Below the pieces are notes generated by a model that made no database searches, was not told the DNA's origin, and worked only from the letters and a program-made list of their open reading frames with translations. From Candidatus Krumholzibacteriia bacterium (lineage in GTDB: Bacteria > Krumholzibacteriota > Krumholzibacteriia > Krumholzibacteriales > Krumholzibacteriaceae), in the NCBI GenBank assembly GCA_963836185.1, contig CAWIIQ010000003.1:96001-160000 (forward strand): a stretch of DNA of 64,000 nucleotides, in the 5' to 3' direction. Both the position numbers and the translations under genes were made by a program. Position 1 is the first letter of the stretch, and each line of letters begins with the position of its first letter. Shown here piece after piece: positions 46,966-55,369 of this stretch.

Positions 46966-48642
46966 ATGAGAAGGATCCTTATAGCGGCCCTTTGTACGGC
47001 CGTAATCGTCGCGGGAGGAGTTACCGTGTCCGCTCAGGAAAACAGGGAGAAGACGATTGAGCAGAGGCTCGCCGTCTACGCGCCGGTCAAGATCTCGGTG
47101 CCCTGGGAGCTGCTCGACAAGAACGAGACGGCCGCGCTGGAGAATATCTACAGGGCTGCCGTCGTCATGGACGAGATTTTTCTCAGGCAGGTATGGAAGG
47201 GTAACGTAGAGCTGCGCCAGGCGATGAACTCGAAGGACATGATCAAGGAGCTCAGGTTCTTCGACATCAACTTCGGCCCATGGGACAGGATCAACGAGAA
47301 CGAACCCTTTATCGGCAAGATACTCAAGCCCGACGGAGCGGAGTTCTACCCGACAGACATGACGAAGCAGGAGTTCGAGGACTTTCTCGCGCCGCGTCAG
47401 ATGGATCGGGAGGCCTTCGAGAGCCCATTTACCGTGATAAGGCGCGGCGAAAACCCTGGAGAGCTCGTGGCCGTTCCCTATTCTAAGGAGTACAAGACGC
47501 TTCTCGATCAGGCGGCAAAGTACCTGCGCCTCGCCGCCGACCAGACAGCCAACGAGTCGCTGGCGAAGTTCCTGCGCTCACGCGCGGCAGCCTTCGCCTC
47601 GAACGACTACTTCCAGAGCGACATGGACTGGATGGACGTCAAGGACAACCTTATCGATGTCACGATCGGCCCGTACGAGGTCTACGAGGACAACCTCTTC
47701 AATTACAAGGCCGCCTTCGAGGCCTTTGTATGTATCCGCGACCCGAAGGAGAGCATGCGCCTCGACGGTCTGGCCGGATATCTCGTCAAGATGGAGCAGA
47801 ACCTGCCCATCCCCGACGAGCACAAGAACCTGAACCGCGGAAGCGAGTCGCCTATCTCGGTAGTCGACGAGGTCTTCTCCGCCGGCGACACGAAGGCCGG
47901 CGTGCAGACCCTCGCCTTCAACCTTCCCAATGACGAGAAGGTGCAGGAGGCGAAGGGAAGCAAGAAAGTCATGCTCCGCAATATCATCCACGCGAAGTTC
48001 GACAAGATCCTCATGCCGATAGCAGAGCAGCTTATCGACAAGGACCAGCTGAAGCATGTCACCTTTGACGCCTACTACAACCACATCCTGCTGCACGAGT
48101 TCTCTCACGGCCTCGGGCCGGGCAGGATCACACTCGCGGACGGCACAGAAACGACCGCGCAGAAGGCTCTGAAGGAGACTCATTCTTCTCTGGAAGAAGC
48201 AAAAGCTGATATTGTGGGCGAGTACAATATTTATTATCTTATAGACGAGGGGTTCTTCGGCCGCGAGCTCGAAAAGGACGTAGCGGTCACATTTCTCGCC
48301 GGTTTCTTCCGCTCCGTCCGCTTCGGCGCAGAGTCTGCGCACGGAAGGGCGAACATGGTCATCTTCAACTACATGAGAGAGAACGGGGTCTACTCCTATA
48401 ACAAGGACAACGGGACATGGTCTGTCGATACGGAGAAGATGCGCGGCGTGGTAAAGGACCTCTCCGCGGAGATACTGATGATCCAGGCCCTCGGGGACTA
48501 CGAAGCCTCGAAGGGCCTTCTTGATAAGTACGGGACGATGGACGCCGACGTGGAGGCATCGCTGCTCAAGCTCAGAAAGGCGCGCCTGCCTGTCGACATC
48601 GCCCCGGAGTTCGAAATACAGAAGAAGTACGCGGCAAACTGA
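46966..48642 (+). CDS. Secreted M49-like zinc peptidase (dipeptidyl peptidase III, HExxH type)
   Basis: Signal peptide; IGPYEVYED, AFNLPND, HEFSHGLG, EEAKAD. Confidence 0.82.
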   Translation: MRRILIAALCTAVIVAGGVTVSAQENREKTIEQRLAVYAPVKISVPWELLDKNETAALENIYRAAVVMDEIFLRQVWKGNVELRQAMNSKDMIKELRFFDINFGPWDRINENEPFIGKILKPDGAEFYPTDMTKQEFEDFLAPRQMDREAFESPFTVIRRGENPGELVAVPYSKEYKTLLDQAAKYLRLAADQTANESLAKFLRSRAAAFASNDYFQSDMDWMDVKDNLIDVTIGPYEVYEDNLFNYKAAFEAFVCIRDPKESMRLDGLAGYLVKMEQNLPIPDEHKNLNRGSESPISVVDEVFSAGDTKAGVQTLAFNLPNDEKVQEAKGSKKVMLRNIIHAKFDKILMPIAEQLIDKDQLKHVTFDAYYNHILLHEFSHGLGPGRITLADGTETTAQKALKETHSSLEEAKADIVGEYNIYYLIDEGFFGRELEKDVAVTFLAGFFRSVRFGAESAHGRANMVIFNYMRENGVYSYNKDNGTWSVDTEKMRGVVKDLSAEILMIQALGDYEASKGLLDKYGTMDADVEASLLKLRKARLPVDIAPEFEIQKKYAAN

Positions 48643-48647
48643 GCATT

Positions 48648-48750
48648 GGCCGGGTGTCACCTCCTGAGAGTTTGGTCGGCCTTCAAGGGGGTAAGGTTTT
48701 CTGAGGAGATTACCGGGGCGCCCGGCCGCACCCCCTGCAGTTTCGCCGCA
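48648..48750 (+). ncRNA. Candidate structured RNA (unassigned)
   Basis: 11-bp closing stem, inner stem and possible 7-bp pseudoknot; G-U pairs favour the plus strand. Confidence 0.35.
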
Positions 48751-48751
48751 T

Positions 48752-48826
48752 GGGAGCCCGGAGTGAGTATATGCCCCGGGCTTTCCCTTTTTGTCCGGCG
48801 CCTCTCACGGGCGCCGGCATTTTTTT
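48752..48826 (+). terminator. Two tandem intrinsic terminators
   Basis: GGGAGCCCGG...CCGGGCTTTC-CC-T5 and CCGGCGCC-7nt-GGCGCCGG-CA-T7. Confidence 0.75.
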
Positions 48827-48846
48827 GATTGATATCACGCACAATC

Positions 48847-48855
48847 TGATATACT
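48847..48855 (+). promoter_or_regulatory. Extended -10 promoter of the methyltransferase operon
   Basis: TG-A-TATACT flanked by CACAATCTG direct repeats. Confidence 0.45.
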
Positions 48856-48908
48856 CCACAATCTGCGCACATACCTGAAGGCTATATCGTAAGGATGGAG
48901 GATTCCGG

Positions 48909-49547
48909 ATGAAGGAACACCTGGACAGCTGCAGGCAGGCGGTCATAGACGGCGATGCCGAAAAGTCGGAAGAACTCGCGAAACTGACCCTGGAGAAGGG
49001 GATGAATGTCCTCGAGGTGATCGAGAAGGGATTCGTCTCCGGGATCCGTGAGGTCGGCAGGCTATGGGAAGAGGGGGAGCTTTTCCTCCCCGAGCTCGTT
49101 ATCGGCGCCGATGCGATGAAGAAGGCGATGGATGTCCTTCAGCCCTCACTCGAGGGAGGAGAGGGCGGCAAGGATTCGCTCGGGCATGTCGTCATCGGGA
49201 CGATAGAGGGTGATATCCACGATATCGGCAAGACGCTTGTCGCGACGATGCTGTCTGCCAACGGGTTCGAGGTGACCGATCTCGGCGCTGACGTTCCCGT
49301 GGCGAAATTCGTCGAGACGGCCGAGGAAAAAGGCGCCGACTGGATCGCCATATCTGCCCTTCTCACGACTACGATGCCGGGGCAGAAGAAGGTCATCGAG
49401 CAGCTGGCGGCGAAATCGCTCGCTGATATCAAGGTGATGGTCGGCGGAGCGCCGTGCAGCGCCGAGTGGGCCACGGAGATCGGTGCTGACGGGTACGCAG
49501 GAGACGCTGTCGCCGCGGTAGCGCTGGCAAAGGGACAAGCAGGCTGA
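48909..49547 (+). CDS. Corrinoid (B12-binding) methyl-acceptor protein
   Basis: Cap domain (VG.LWE.GELFLPE) + GDIHDIGK (DxHxxG), SALLTTT, VMVGGAP, IGADGY. Confidence 0.95.
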   Translation: MKEHLDSCRQAVIDGDAEKSEELAKLTLEKGMNVLEVIEKGFVSGIREVGRLWEEGELFLPELVIGADAMKKAMDVLQPSLEGGEGGKDSLGHVVIGTIEGDIHDIGKTLVATMLSANGFEVTDLGADVPVAKFVETAEEKGADWIAISALLTTTMPGQKKVIEQLAAKSLADIKVMVGGAPCSAEWATEIGADGYAGDAVAAVALAKGQAG

Positions 49548-49567
49548 AAGAAGTACCGGGAGGGGCC

Positions 49568-50464
49568 ATGAGTGGATTTCTCGAAGCGTTGAAAGAAAAG
49601 GTGCTGCTGTTCGACGGCGGCATGGGCAGCATGCTCATCGCGGCCGGCCTCGGCGACGGCGAAGCTCCCGATGAGTGGAGCCTCTCGCACCCCGATGTGC
49701 TGATCGACATCCACAGGAAGTATCTCGAGGCGGGCGCGGACGTCATCCAGACGAACACATTCGGCGCGACCTCGATTAAGCTCGCCGCTTCGTGCCGCGG
49801 CGGGGCGCCCGACACGGCTGCGCTGAATATCAGGGCGGCAGAGATTGCGAGGAGGGCCCTCGATGAGTTCATCCTGGGAGGAAGGTTCCTTGCCGGCGAC
49901 ATCGGTCCGACGGGCGAGTTCTTTCCTCCGATGGGGATCCTCACTACGGAGAACGCCCGCAATGCGTTCAGGGAGCAGGCGGCAGCCCTCGAGAAGGGCG
50001 GCGTCGACCTCTTTCTCATAGAGACGATGTACGACATACGCGAAGCCGTCGAAGCGATACGGGCGGTAAAAGAGGTCTCGGACAAGCCGATCGTATGCGA
50101 GCTGACGATGGACAGGAAGAAAAAGGGATATTTCACGATAGTGGGGGATACACCCGAAAAGGCGATCGATATCCTCGTCGATGAGGGCGCCGCGGTCATT
50201 GGCGCTAATTGTTCGATAACGAGTGGCGAGATGCTGGATCTTGCCGTTGCAATGCGCTTTCTGACCGACACACCGCTTGTTTTCCAGCCGAACGCCGGCA
50301 TGCCCTCGCTTCTGGACGGGAAGGCGGTATATGGGCAGAAGCCGGAGGAATTCGCAGAAGATATCATGAAGTTGATCGATGCGGGCGTCAGCGCCGTCGG
50401 GGGATGCTGCGGAACGACCCCGGAATTCATAAAATCGATAAGAGAGCGCATCGACAGGATGTGA
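49568..50464 (+). CDS. Stand-alone homocysteine S-methyltransferase domain
   Basis: FDGGMG, AGAD...TNTFG, GANC, PNAG, GGCCGT zinc ligands. Confidence 0.93.
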   Translation: MSGFLEALKEKVLLFDGGMGSMLIAAGLGDGEAPDEWSLSHPDVLIDIHRKYLEAGADVIQTNTFGATSIKLAASCRGGAPDTAALNIRAAEIARRALDEFILGGRFLAGDIGPTGEFFPPMGILTTENARNAFREQAAALEKGGVDLFLIETMYDIREAVEAIRAVKEVSDKPIVCELTMDRKKKGYFTIVGDTPEKAIDILVDEGAAVIGANCSITSGEMLDLAVAMRFLTDTPLVFQPNAGMPSLLDGKAVYGQKPEEFAEDIMKLIDAGVSAVGGCCGTTPEFIKSIRERIDRM

Positions 50465-50474
50465 GAGCCGTAAT

Positions 50475-51134
50475 ATGGAACCCGTGATCCTCGAGGGATT
50501 TGATATAGAGCCCGACAGCGCCGAGCTGTCGAGGCTGCTCGGAAGAAAGAACGGCGAGGCGATCGGCGCTCCGGCAGCTGCCGCCGCTGGAAAGATAACC
50601 GCGGCCCTCGATGTTGCGCTCGAGGAATCGCAGGATCTGATAAAGCCGAAGGCGATATATGTGACGGCAGCCGGGGCCGACCTGCCCGGCTCGGACATAT
50701 TCAGGGACCTCGAAAAGGTCGCCTTCTGTGTCTGCACGATCGGACCGGCTCTCGAGGAGAGGGTCACGGCGCTCTCGAAGGAGGGCGACATGCTGGCCGC
50801 GGTCGTTCTTGACTCGATCGGTTCGGCGGCCGCTGAGGCGACTGCCCGTTACGCGAATGATCATATCGATGAGGCCGCCGCGGCGATCGGCCTGAAGACC
50901 TCTTGCAGGGCGAGCCCGGGATACGGCGACTGGGACGTAAAGGAGCAGAAGAATCTCTTCGCGCTTGTCCCGGCTGAAAGGATCGGAGTGACACTCACCG
51001 CGAGCAGCATGATGGTCCCGCGCAAATCGATCTCGTTCGCCGTGCATATAGCGGAAGACCCGGTCAGGCTCCGGAGCGAAGGCTCCTGCAGGAACTGCGA
51101 CATGGAGACCTGTCCGTACAGGATACTGGATTAG
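50475..51134 (+). CDS. Stand-alone methionine synthase activation (SAM-binding) domain protein
   Basis: CTIG, D.IGS.AAE, RASPGYGDW, IGV.LT.S.MM.P.KS; C-terminal CxxCxxxxC. Confidence 0.85.
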   Translation: MEPVILEGFDIEPDSAELSRLLGRKNGEAIGAPAAAAAGKITAALDVALEESQDLIKPKAIYVTAAGADLPGSDIFRDLEKVAFCVCTIGPALEERVTALSKEGDMLAAVVLDSIGSAAAEATARYANDHIDEAAAAIGLKTSCRASPGYGDWDVKEQKNLFALVPAERIGVTLTASSMMVPRKSISFAVHIAEDPVRLRSEGSCRNCDMETCPYRILD

Positions 51135-51164
51135 ACAGACAATAAGATGGAAGGAGCTGGCGAG

Positions 51165-52616
51165 ATGGGCATGACCCCGCGCGTTACCTGGTTCGATGAA
51201 GCGACACGAAAGAAGATCGTCGCCGAAGCGATGGAGATCCTCGAGAAGGTCGGAGTCTTCGTCGAGAACGACGAGGCGATCGAACTGCTGACCGGCGCCG
51301 GAGCGAAGGTCGTCGGCGGCCGAGTGATGATACCCTCGCCGATCGTCGAGAAAGCACTCGAGACTGCGCCCTCGCGGATCCGGCTCTACGACCGTCACGG
51401 CGAGGTAGCGATGGACCTCGGCGAAAACAGGAGTCATTTCAATCCGGGCTCGGCGGCGCTGAGGATATTCGATCCCGAGATAAATGACGCGAGGGTACCG
51501 GTAACAGCAGACGTCATCAAGTACGCGCGGCTCACCGACGCTCTTCCGAACTACGCGGCCCAGAGCACAGGGATGATACCGGGCGATGTTCCCGAGGAGA
51601 TCGCCGACAGGTACAGGGTCTTCCTCGGCCTGCTGAACTCGGTCAAGCCGATCGTGACAGGCACATTCAAGATCGAAGCGTTCAAGGTGATGCACGAGAT
51701 GCTCGCCGCCGTATCGGGGAACGCCGATACGCTGATGGAAAAGCCGATGGCGATCTTCGACTGCTGCCCCTCGCCCCCGCTGATGTGGAGCGACCTGACC
51801 TGCCAGGCCCTGATCGACTGCGCCCGCACGGGGCTCCCTGCCGAGCTGATCTCGATGCCGCTCACCGGGGCGACGTCACCCGTCACCCTTGCAGGCGCCG
51901 TCACGCAGCACTGCGCGGAGAGCCTCAGCGGGATAACGATACACCAGCTGGCGCGCGCCGGTTCGCCGATCATTTACGGCGGCTCGCCGGCATGTTTCGA
52001 CATGCGCAAGGGAACGACCCCGATGGGCGCTATCGAGACGATGATGATAGACGGAGCCTACGCCGAGATCGGCAAACACCTCGATGTCCCTGTCCAGGCC
52101 TACATGGCGCTGAGCGATTCGAAGCCGGTCGACTACCAGGCCGGTATGGAAACAGCGATGGGAGCAATCGTCGCCGTCGTCTCGGGCATCAACAATATCT
52201 CCGGTCCCGGTATGCTCGATTTCGAGTCGTGCCAGTCGCTCGAGAAGCTCGTCCTCGACCACGAGATCTGCGGGATGGCGCTGAGACTCACGGAGGGGAT
52301 AGAGCTGCGCGACGACCCGATAGCGATGCCGCTGATCAAGGCCGGACTCGAGAAGAAGGAGTTCCTCTCCCTGCCTCATACGGCGAAATGGTACCGCAAG
52401 GAGGCGTACTTCCCCGATAAGGTCATCGAGAGGGGAACGCTCGAGGAGTGGCGGTCGAAGGGTAAAAAGGACGCCGCGGAGAGGGCCCGCGAAAGGGTCG
52501 ACGAGATCCTCGCGAATCACGAGCCGGAAGCTCTCGATCCGGCGGTCGTCGAACATATAACGGGACTGATGGAGGCCGAAGCAAAACGGTACGGCCTCGA
52601 CAGGCTGCCCGTCTGA
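51165..52616 (+). CDS. MttB-superfamily corrinoid methyltransferase, non-pyrrolysine
   Basis: ILEKVG, GATSPVTLAG, DMRKG, SDSK.VD.QAG.E, GML; Leu at the Pyl-equivalent position and no in-frame TAG. Confidence 0.92.
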   Translation: MGMTPRVTWFDEATRKKIVAEAMEILEKVGVFVENDEAIELLTGAGAKVVGGRVMIPSPIVEKALETAPSRIRLYDRHGEVAMDLGENRSHFNPGSAALRIFDPEINDARVPVTADVIKYARLTDALPNYAAQSTGMIPGDVPEEIADRYRVFLGLLNSVKPIVTGTFKIEAFKVMHEMLAAVSGNADTLMEKPMAIFDCCPSPPLMWSDLTCQALIDCARTGLPAELISMPLTGATSPVTLAGAVTQHCAESLSGITIHQLARAGSPIIYGGSPACFDMRKGTTPMGAIETMMIDGAYAEIGKHLDVPVQAYMALSDSKPVDYQAGMETAMGAIVAVVSGINNISGPGMLDFESCQSLEKLVLDHEICGMALRLTEGIELRDDPIAMPLIKAGLEKKEFLSLPHTAKWYRKEAYFPDKVIERGTLEEWRSKGKKDAAERARERVDEILANHEPEALDPAVVEHITGLMEAEAKRYGLDRLPV

Positions 52617-52622
52617 TATGGA

Positions 52623-53276
52623 GTGATTTTAAATTTGAAGGAACGATATCTCACTCCGGGGGATATAGAGGAAAACGCCCACAGCCTGATCCCTGAGGTG
52701 GTGGGTCGCGGCCCCGCGTTCGATATATCACGCGCGGCGCTTTTGATCCTCGACATGCAGGCTTACTTTCTTGATGAGAAATCTCACGCTTTCGTGCCGG
52801 ACGCACCAGCAATAGTATCGAGACTGGCCGGTCTCGCCCGGCGCTTCGGCGCCGCCGGCCGCCCTGTTATAACGACGAGGCATTCGAACACGGAAGACGA
52901 TGCCGGGATGATGAAGGAGTGGTGGGGCCATCTCCTCGAGCCCGGCTCACCCGAAGCGGCACTCGAGCCTGTTCTCAAGGAACTCTCGACCGCTGTTGTA
53001 GGCAAGGCGCAGTACGATGCATTCTGGGAGACGGATCTGGAGAACATCCTCCGGTCCTCCGGCTCGCAGCAGGTAGTCGTCACAGGCGTAATGACTCACC
53101 TCTGCGTAGAGGCAACGGCCCGCTCGGCATATATACGAGGCTTTGCCGTCTTTCTCCCGGCCGACGGGACGGCGACATACAACAGGAATTTTCACGCTGC
53201 TTCTCTGCTGAACCTCTCACACGGCACGGCTGCGATTACGGTCTGCTCTAAACTGATGGAGACGAAAGAGAAATGA
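52623..53276 (+). CDS. Isochorismatase-family cysteine hydrolase
   Basis: ALLILDMQ.YF, K..YDAF..TDL, GVMTHLCVE.TAR (D-K-C triad). Confidence 0.92.
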   Translation: MILNLKERYLTPGDIEENAHSLIPEVVGRGPAFDISRAALLILDMQAYFLDEKSHAFVPDAPAIVSRLAGLARRFGAAGRPVITTRHSNTEDDAGMMKEWWGHLLEPGSPEAALEPVLKELSTAVVGKAQYDAFWETDLENILRSSGSQQVVVTGVMTHLCVEATARSAYIRGFAVFLPADGTATYNRNFHAASLLNLSHGTAAITVCSKLMETKEK

Positions 53277-54161
53277 ACGATACGGCGATAATCGGAGCCG
53301 GGCCGGCGGGGATATCTGCCGCCATGCAGCTGGCGAGGTACGAGATCTATCCGTTCGTCTACGAGGCGGACGCGTCCGGGGGCCTCCTCTTCAACGCGGG
53401 AACGATCGAGAACTATCCCGGCTTTCCCAAAGGGATAGCGGGTCCCGAGCTGGCAGCTCTATTCGCCGCCGGGCTTGAAGCGAGCAAGGCGGTCGTCTGC
53501 CCCGAGGAGGTCTTTTCGATCGACTACGCGGCGGACGTCTTCAGGGTGCAGGCAGGGACAGCGGCCGATTTCTCGCGCCTCATCATCGCGACGGGAACAA
53601 GGCCCGTTCCTCTCGACAGCGTGGAGTACGACGAACCGGCGACAGAGGAAGAAATCGATTACGGCGTCGGAATGATCAGGACGATTGCAGGGAAATCGGT
53701 AGCCGTCATCGGCGCCGGAGACGCAGCCTTCGACTACGCGCTGACCCTTTCGAAGAAGAACGATATCGTGATCCTGCAGAGAGGCGAAAAACCGAGGTGC
53801 AACGCTGCGCTGAAGAGAAGGGTCTCGGCGCCGTGAGCGCGTCACGGTGCTGGAAAACGCCTCGGTCGAGAAGATCTCGAAGGAAGAAGACGGGCGATTC
53901 GCGCTGTCGCTCTGTGGAGCGGGATGCGGTTCGCGCAACAGGATGACGGCCGATCACGTGATCGCCGCTATCGGCAGGGTGCCCCGCGAGATAGCCCTTC
54001 TGCCGGGGCTCTCGGAGAATTTCGACGAGCTCGTAGCGAGTGGAAGGCTGCGCTTCGCGGGAGATGTCATAAACGGGATGTACAGGCAGACAGCGATTGC
54101 TGTCGGAGACGGCGTCCGCGCCGCGATGGAGATATATGAAGGTAAGGGCCTGGACGGGTAG
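53273..54161 (+). CDS. TrxB-like FAD/NAD(P)H oxidoreductase without active-site CxxC (frame break near 53830)
   Basis: IIGAGPAG, ENYPGF, IIATG, VIGAGDAA, AGDV...RQ...AVGDG..AA. Confidence 0.85.
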
Positions 54162-55072
54162 CGACGAGGTCGCGGTAGTCTATATTGCAGAGGCGGAAGG
54201 GGGCAGGCACGTCGAGTTCGTCGAGTCGGTCGAGCCTCCGCTGCCGCGAGAGAAGAAGTGGGTGCTGATCGTATCGACACTCTTCGGGTGCCCGGGAGGC
54301 TGCCGTTTCTGCGACGCCGGCGGCTCCTACGAAGGGAAGCTCTCAGCCGACGAGATCCTCTTCCAGACAGACTACATGATCGACCGCCGGTACCCCGGCC
54401 GCCGAGTACCGGCGGAGAAGTTCAAGGTGCAGCTCGCGAGGATGGGCGAGCCGACCCTGAACGACGCGGTCCTCGATGTCCTCGAGATACCTGCCCGCGC
54501 GTTACGACGCCCCCGGCCTGATGCCGGCCCTCTCGACGATAGCGCCGGCCGGGAGGGAAGCCTTCTTCGAGAGGCTCCTGGAGACCAGCAGGGAATTATA
54601 CAGGGGGCGCTTTCAGCTGCAGTTCTCGCTGCACACCACCGACACTGAAAAACGTGACTGGCTCCTGCCTCCGAAGAAATGGGACTTCCCCACTATAGCC
54701 CGGTACGGCGAGAGGTTCTTTGTGGACGGCGGAAGAAAGATCACGCTGAACTTCGCGCTTGCCGAAGGGATGCCTCTCGATGCGGCAGTCCTCTTCAGCC
54801 ACTTCGACCCTCAAAAGTTTCTCGTCAAGCTTACGCCGGTAAATCCGACCTGCGAAGCGGACCGCAGCGGCGTACGCTCATCGATAATCCAGGGGACAGA
54901 GCCGGAGAATGTGACGGTGCCCCTGCGGGATGTGGGGTACGAGGTGCTCGTCTCTATCGGTGAGCTCGAGGAGAACCATATCGGCTCGAACTGCGGACAG
55001 TTCATCAAGAGCTATCTCGACAGCGGCGCCGAGTTCAAGGCCGGCTATAACTACGAACTGGAAAAGACCTGA
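54136..55072 (+). CDS. RlmN/Cfr-like radical SAM protein, N-terminally short (frame break near 54490)
   Basis: CPGGCRFC, MGEP, SLH, C-terminal IGSNCGQ. Confidence 0.82.
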
Positions 55073-55081
55073 GAAGGAGAG

Positions 55082-55369
55082 GTGCGATCCATGACCGGAT
55101 TCATCGCGGAGATATCCTCCATCGTCATCGCGGCATTCTCCAGTGCGGTGGTCATGTTGAGCCTTCAGAGGCAAGGCAGAGTGAAACATCGCCTGAGGGC
55201 GACGATCGGTCTGATGCTCGCTGTACTCTCGATCAGCCTGATCGTCTCGAGATTTATCCTCGGCAGACTCGACAGCGCGACGCTTATCGTCGATGTTCCC
55301 GTAATGGTAGTGGGGGCGGTGCTGTTCAGGACCGGGGTGTACTGGGGGAAGCAAAAAACAGATAATTGA
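55082..55369 (+). CDS. Small 3-TM membrane protein
   Basis: Hydrophobic 95-aa ORF directly after the radical SAM gene, with an AGGAG RBS. Confidence 0.6.
   Translation: MRSMTGFIAEISSIVIAAFSSAVVMLSLQRQGRVKHRLRATIGLMLAVLSISLIVSRFILGRLDSATLIVDVPVMVVGAVLFRTGVYWGKQKTDN

Noticed and set aside
48655-48700. Glycine riboswitch on the minus strand (GAAGG...AAACTCTCAGG)
   Set aside because: The GGAGA and CCGAAG elements are missing, and it would point antisense into the 3' end of a gene
48646-48828. 60-aa ORF in frame after the peptidase TGA (read-through extension)
   Set aside because: No protein-like features; it overlaps terminator hairpins, and open frames of this length are common at high GC
51165-52616. 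Pyrrolysine recoding in the MttB homolog
   Set aside because: The ORF has no in-frame TAG, the Pyl-equivalent residue is Leu, and there are no pyl genes in the window
53834-53836. Selenocysteine read-through of the TGA in the TrxB-like gene
   Set aside because: Homology continues in a different frame (ORF from 53847), so this is an indel, not read-through
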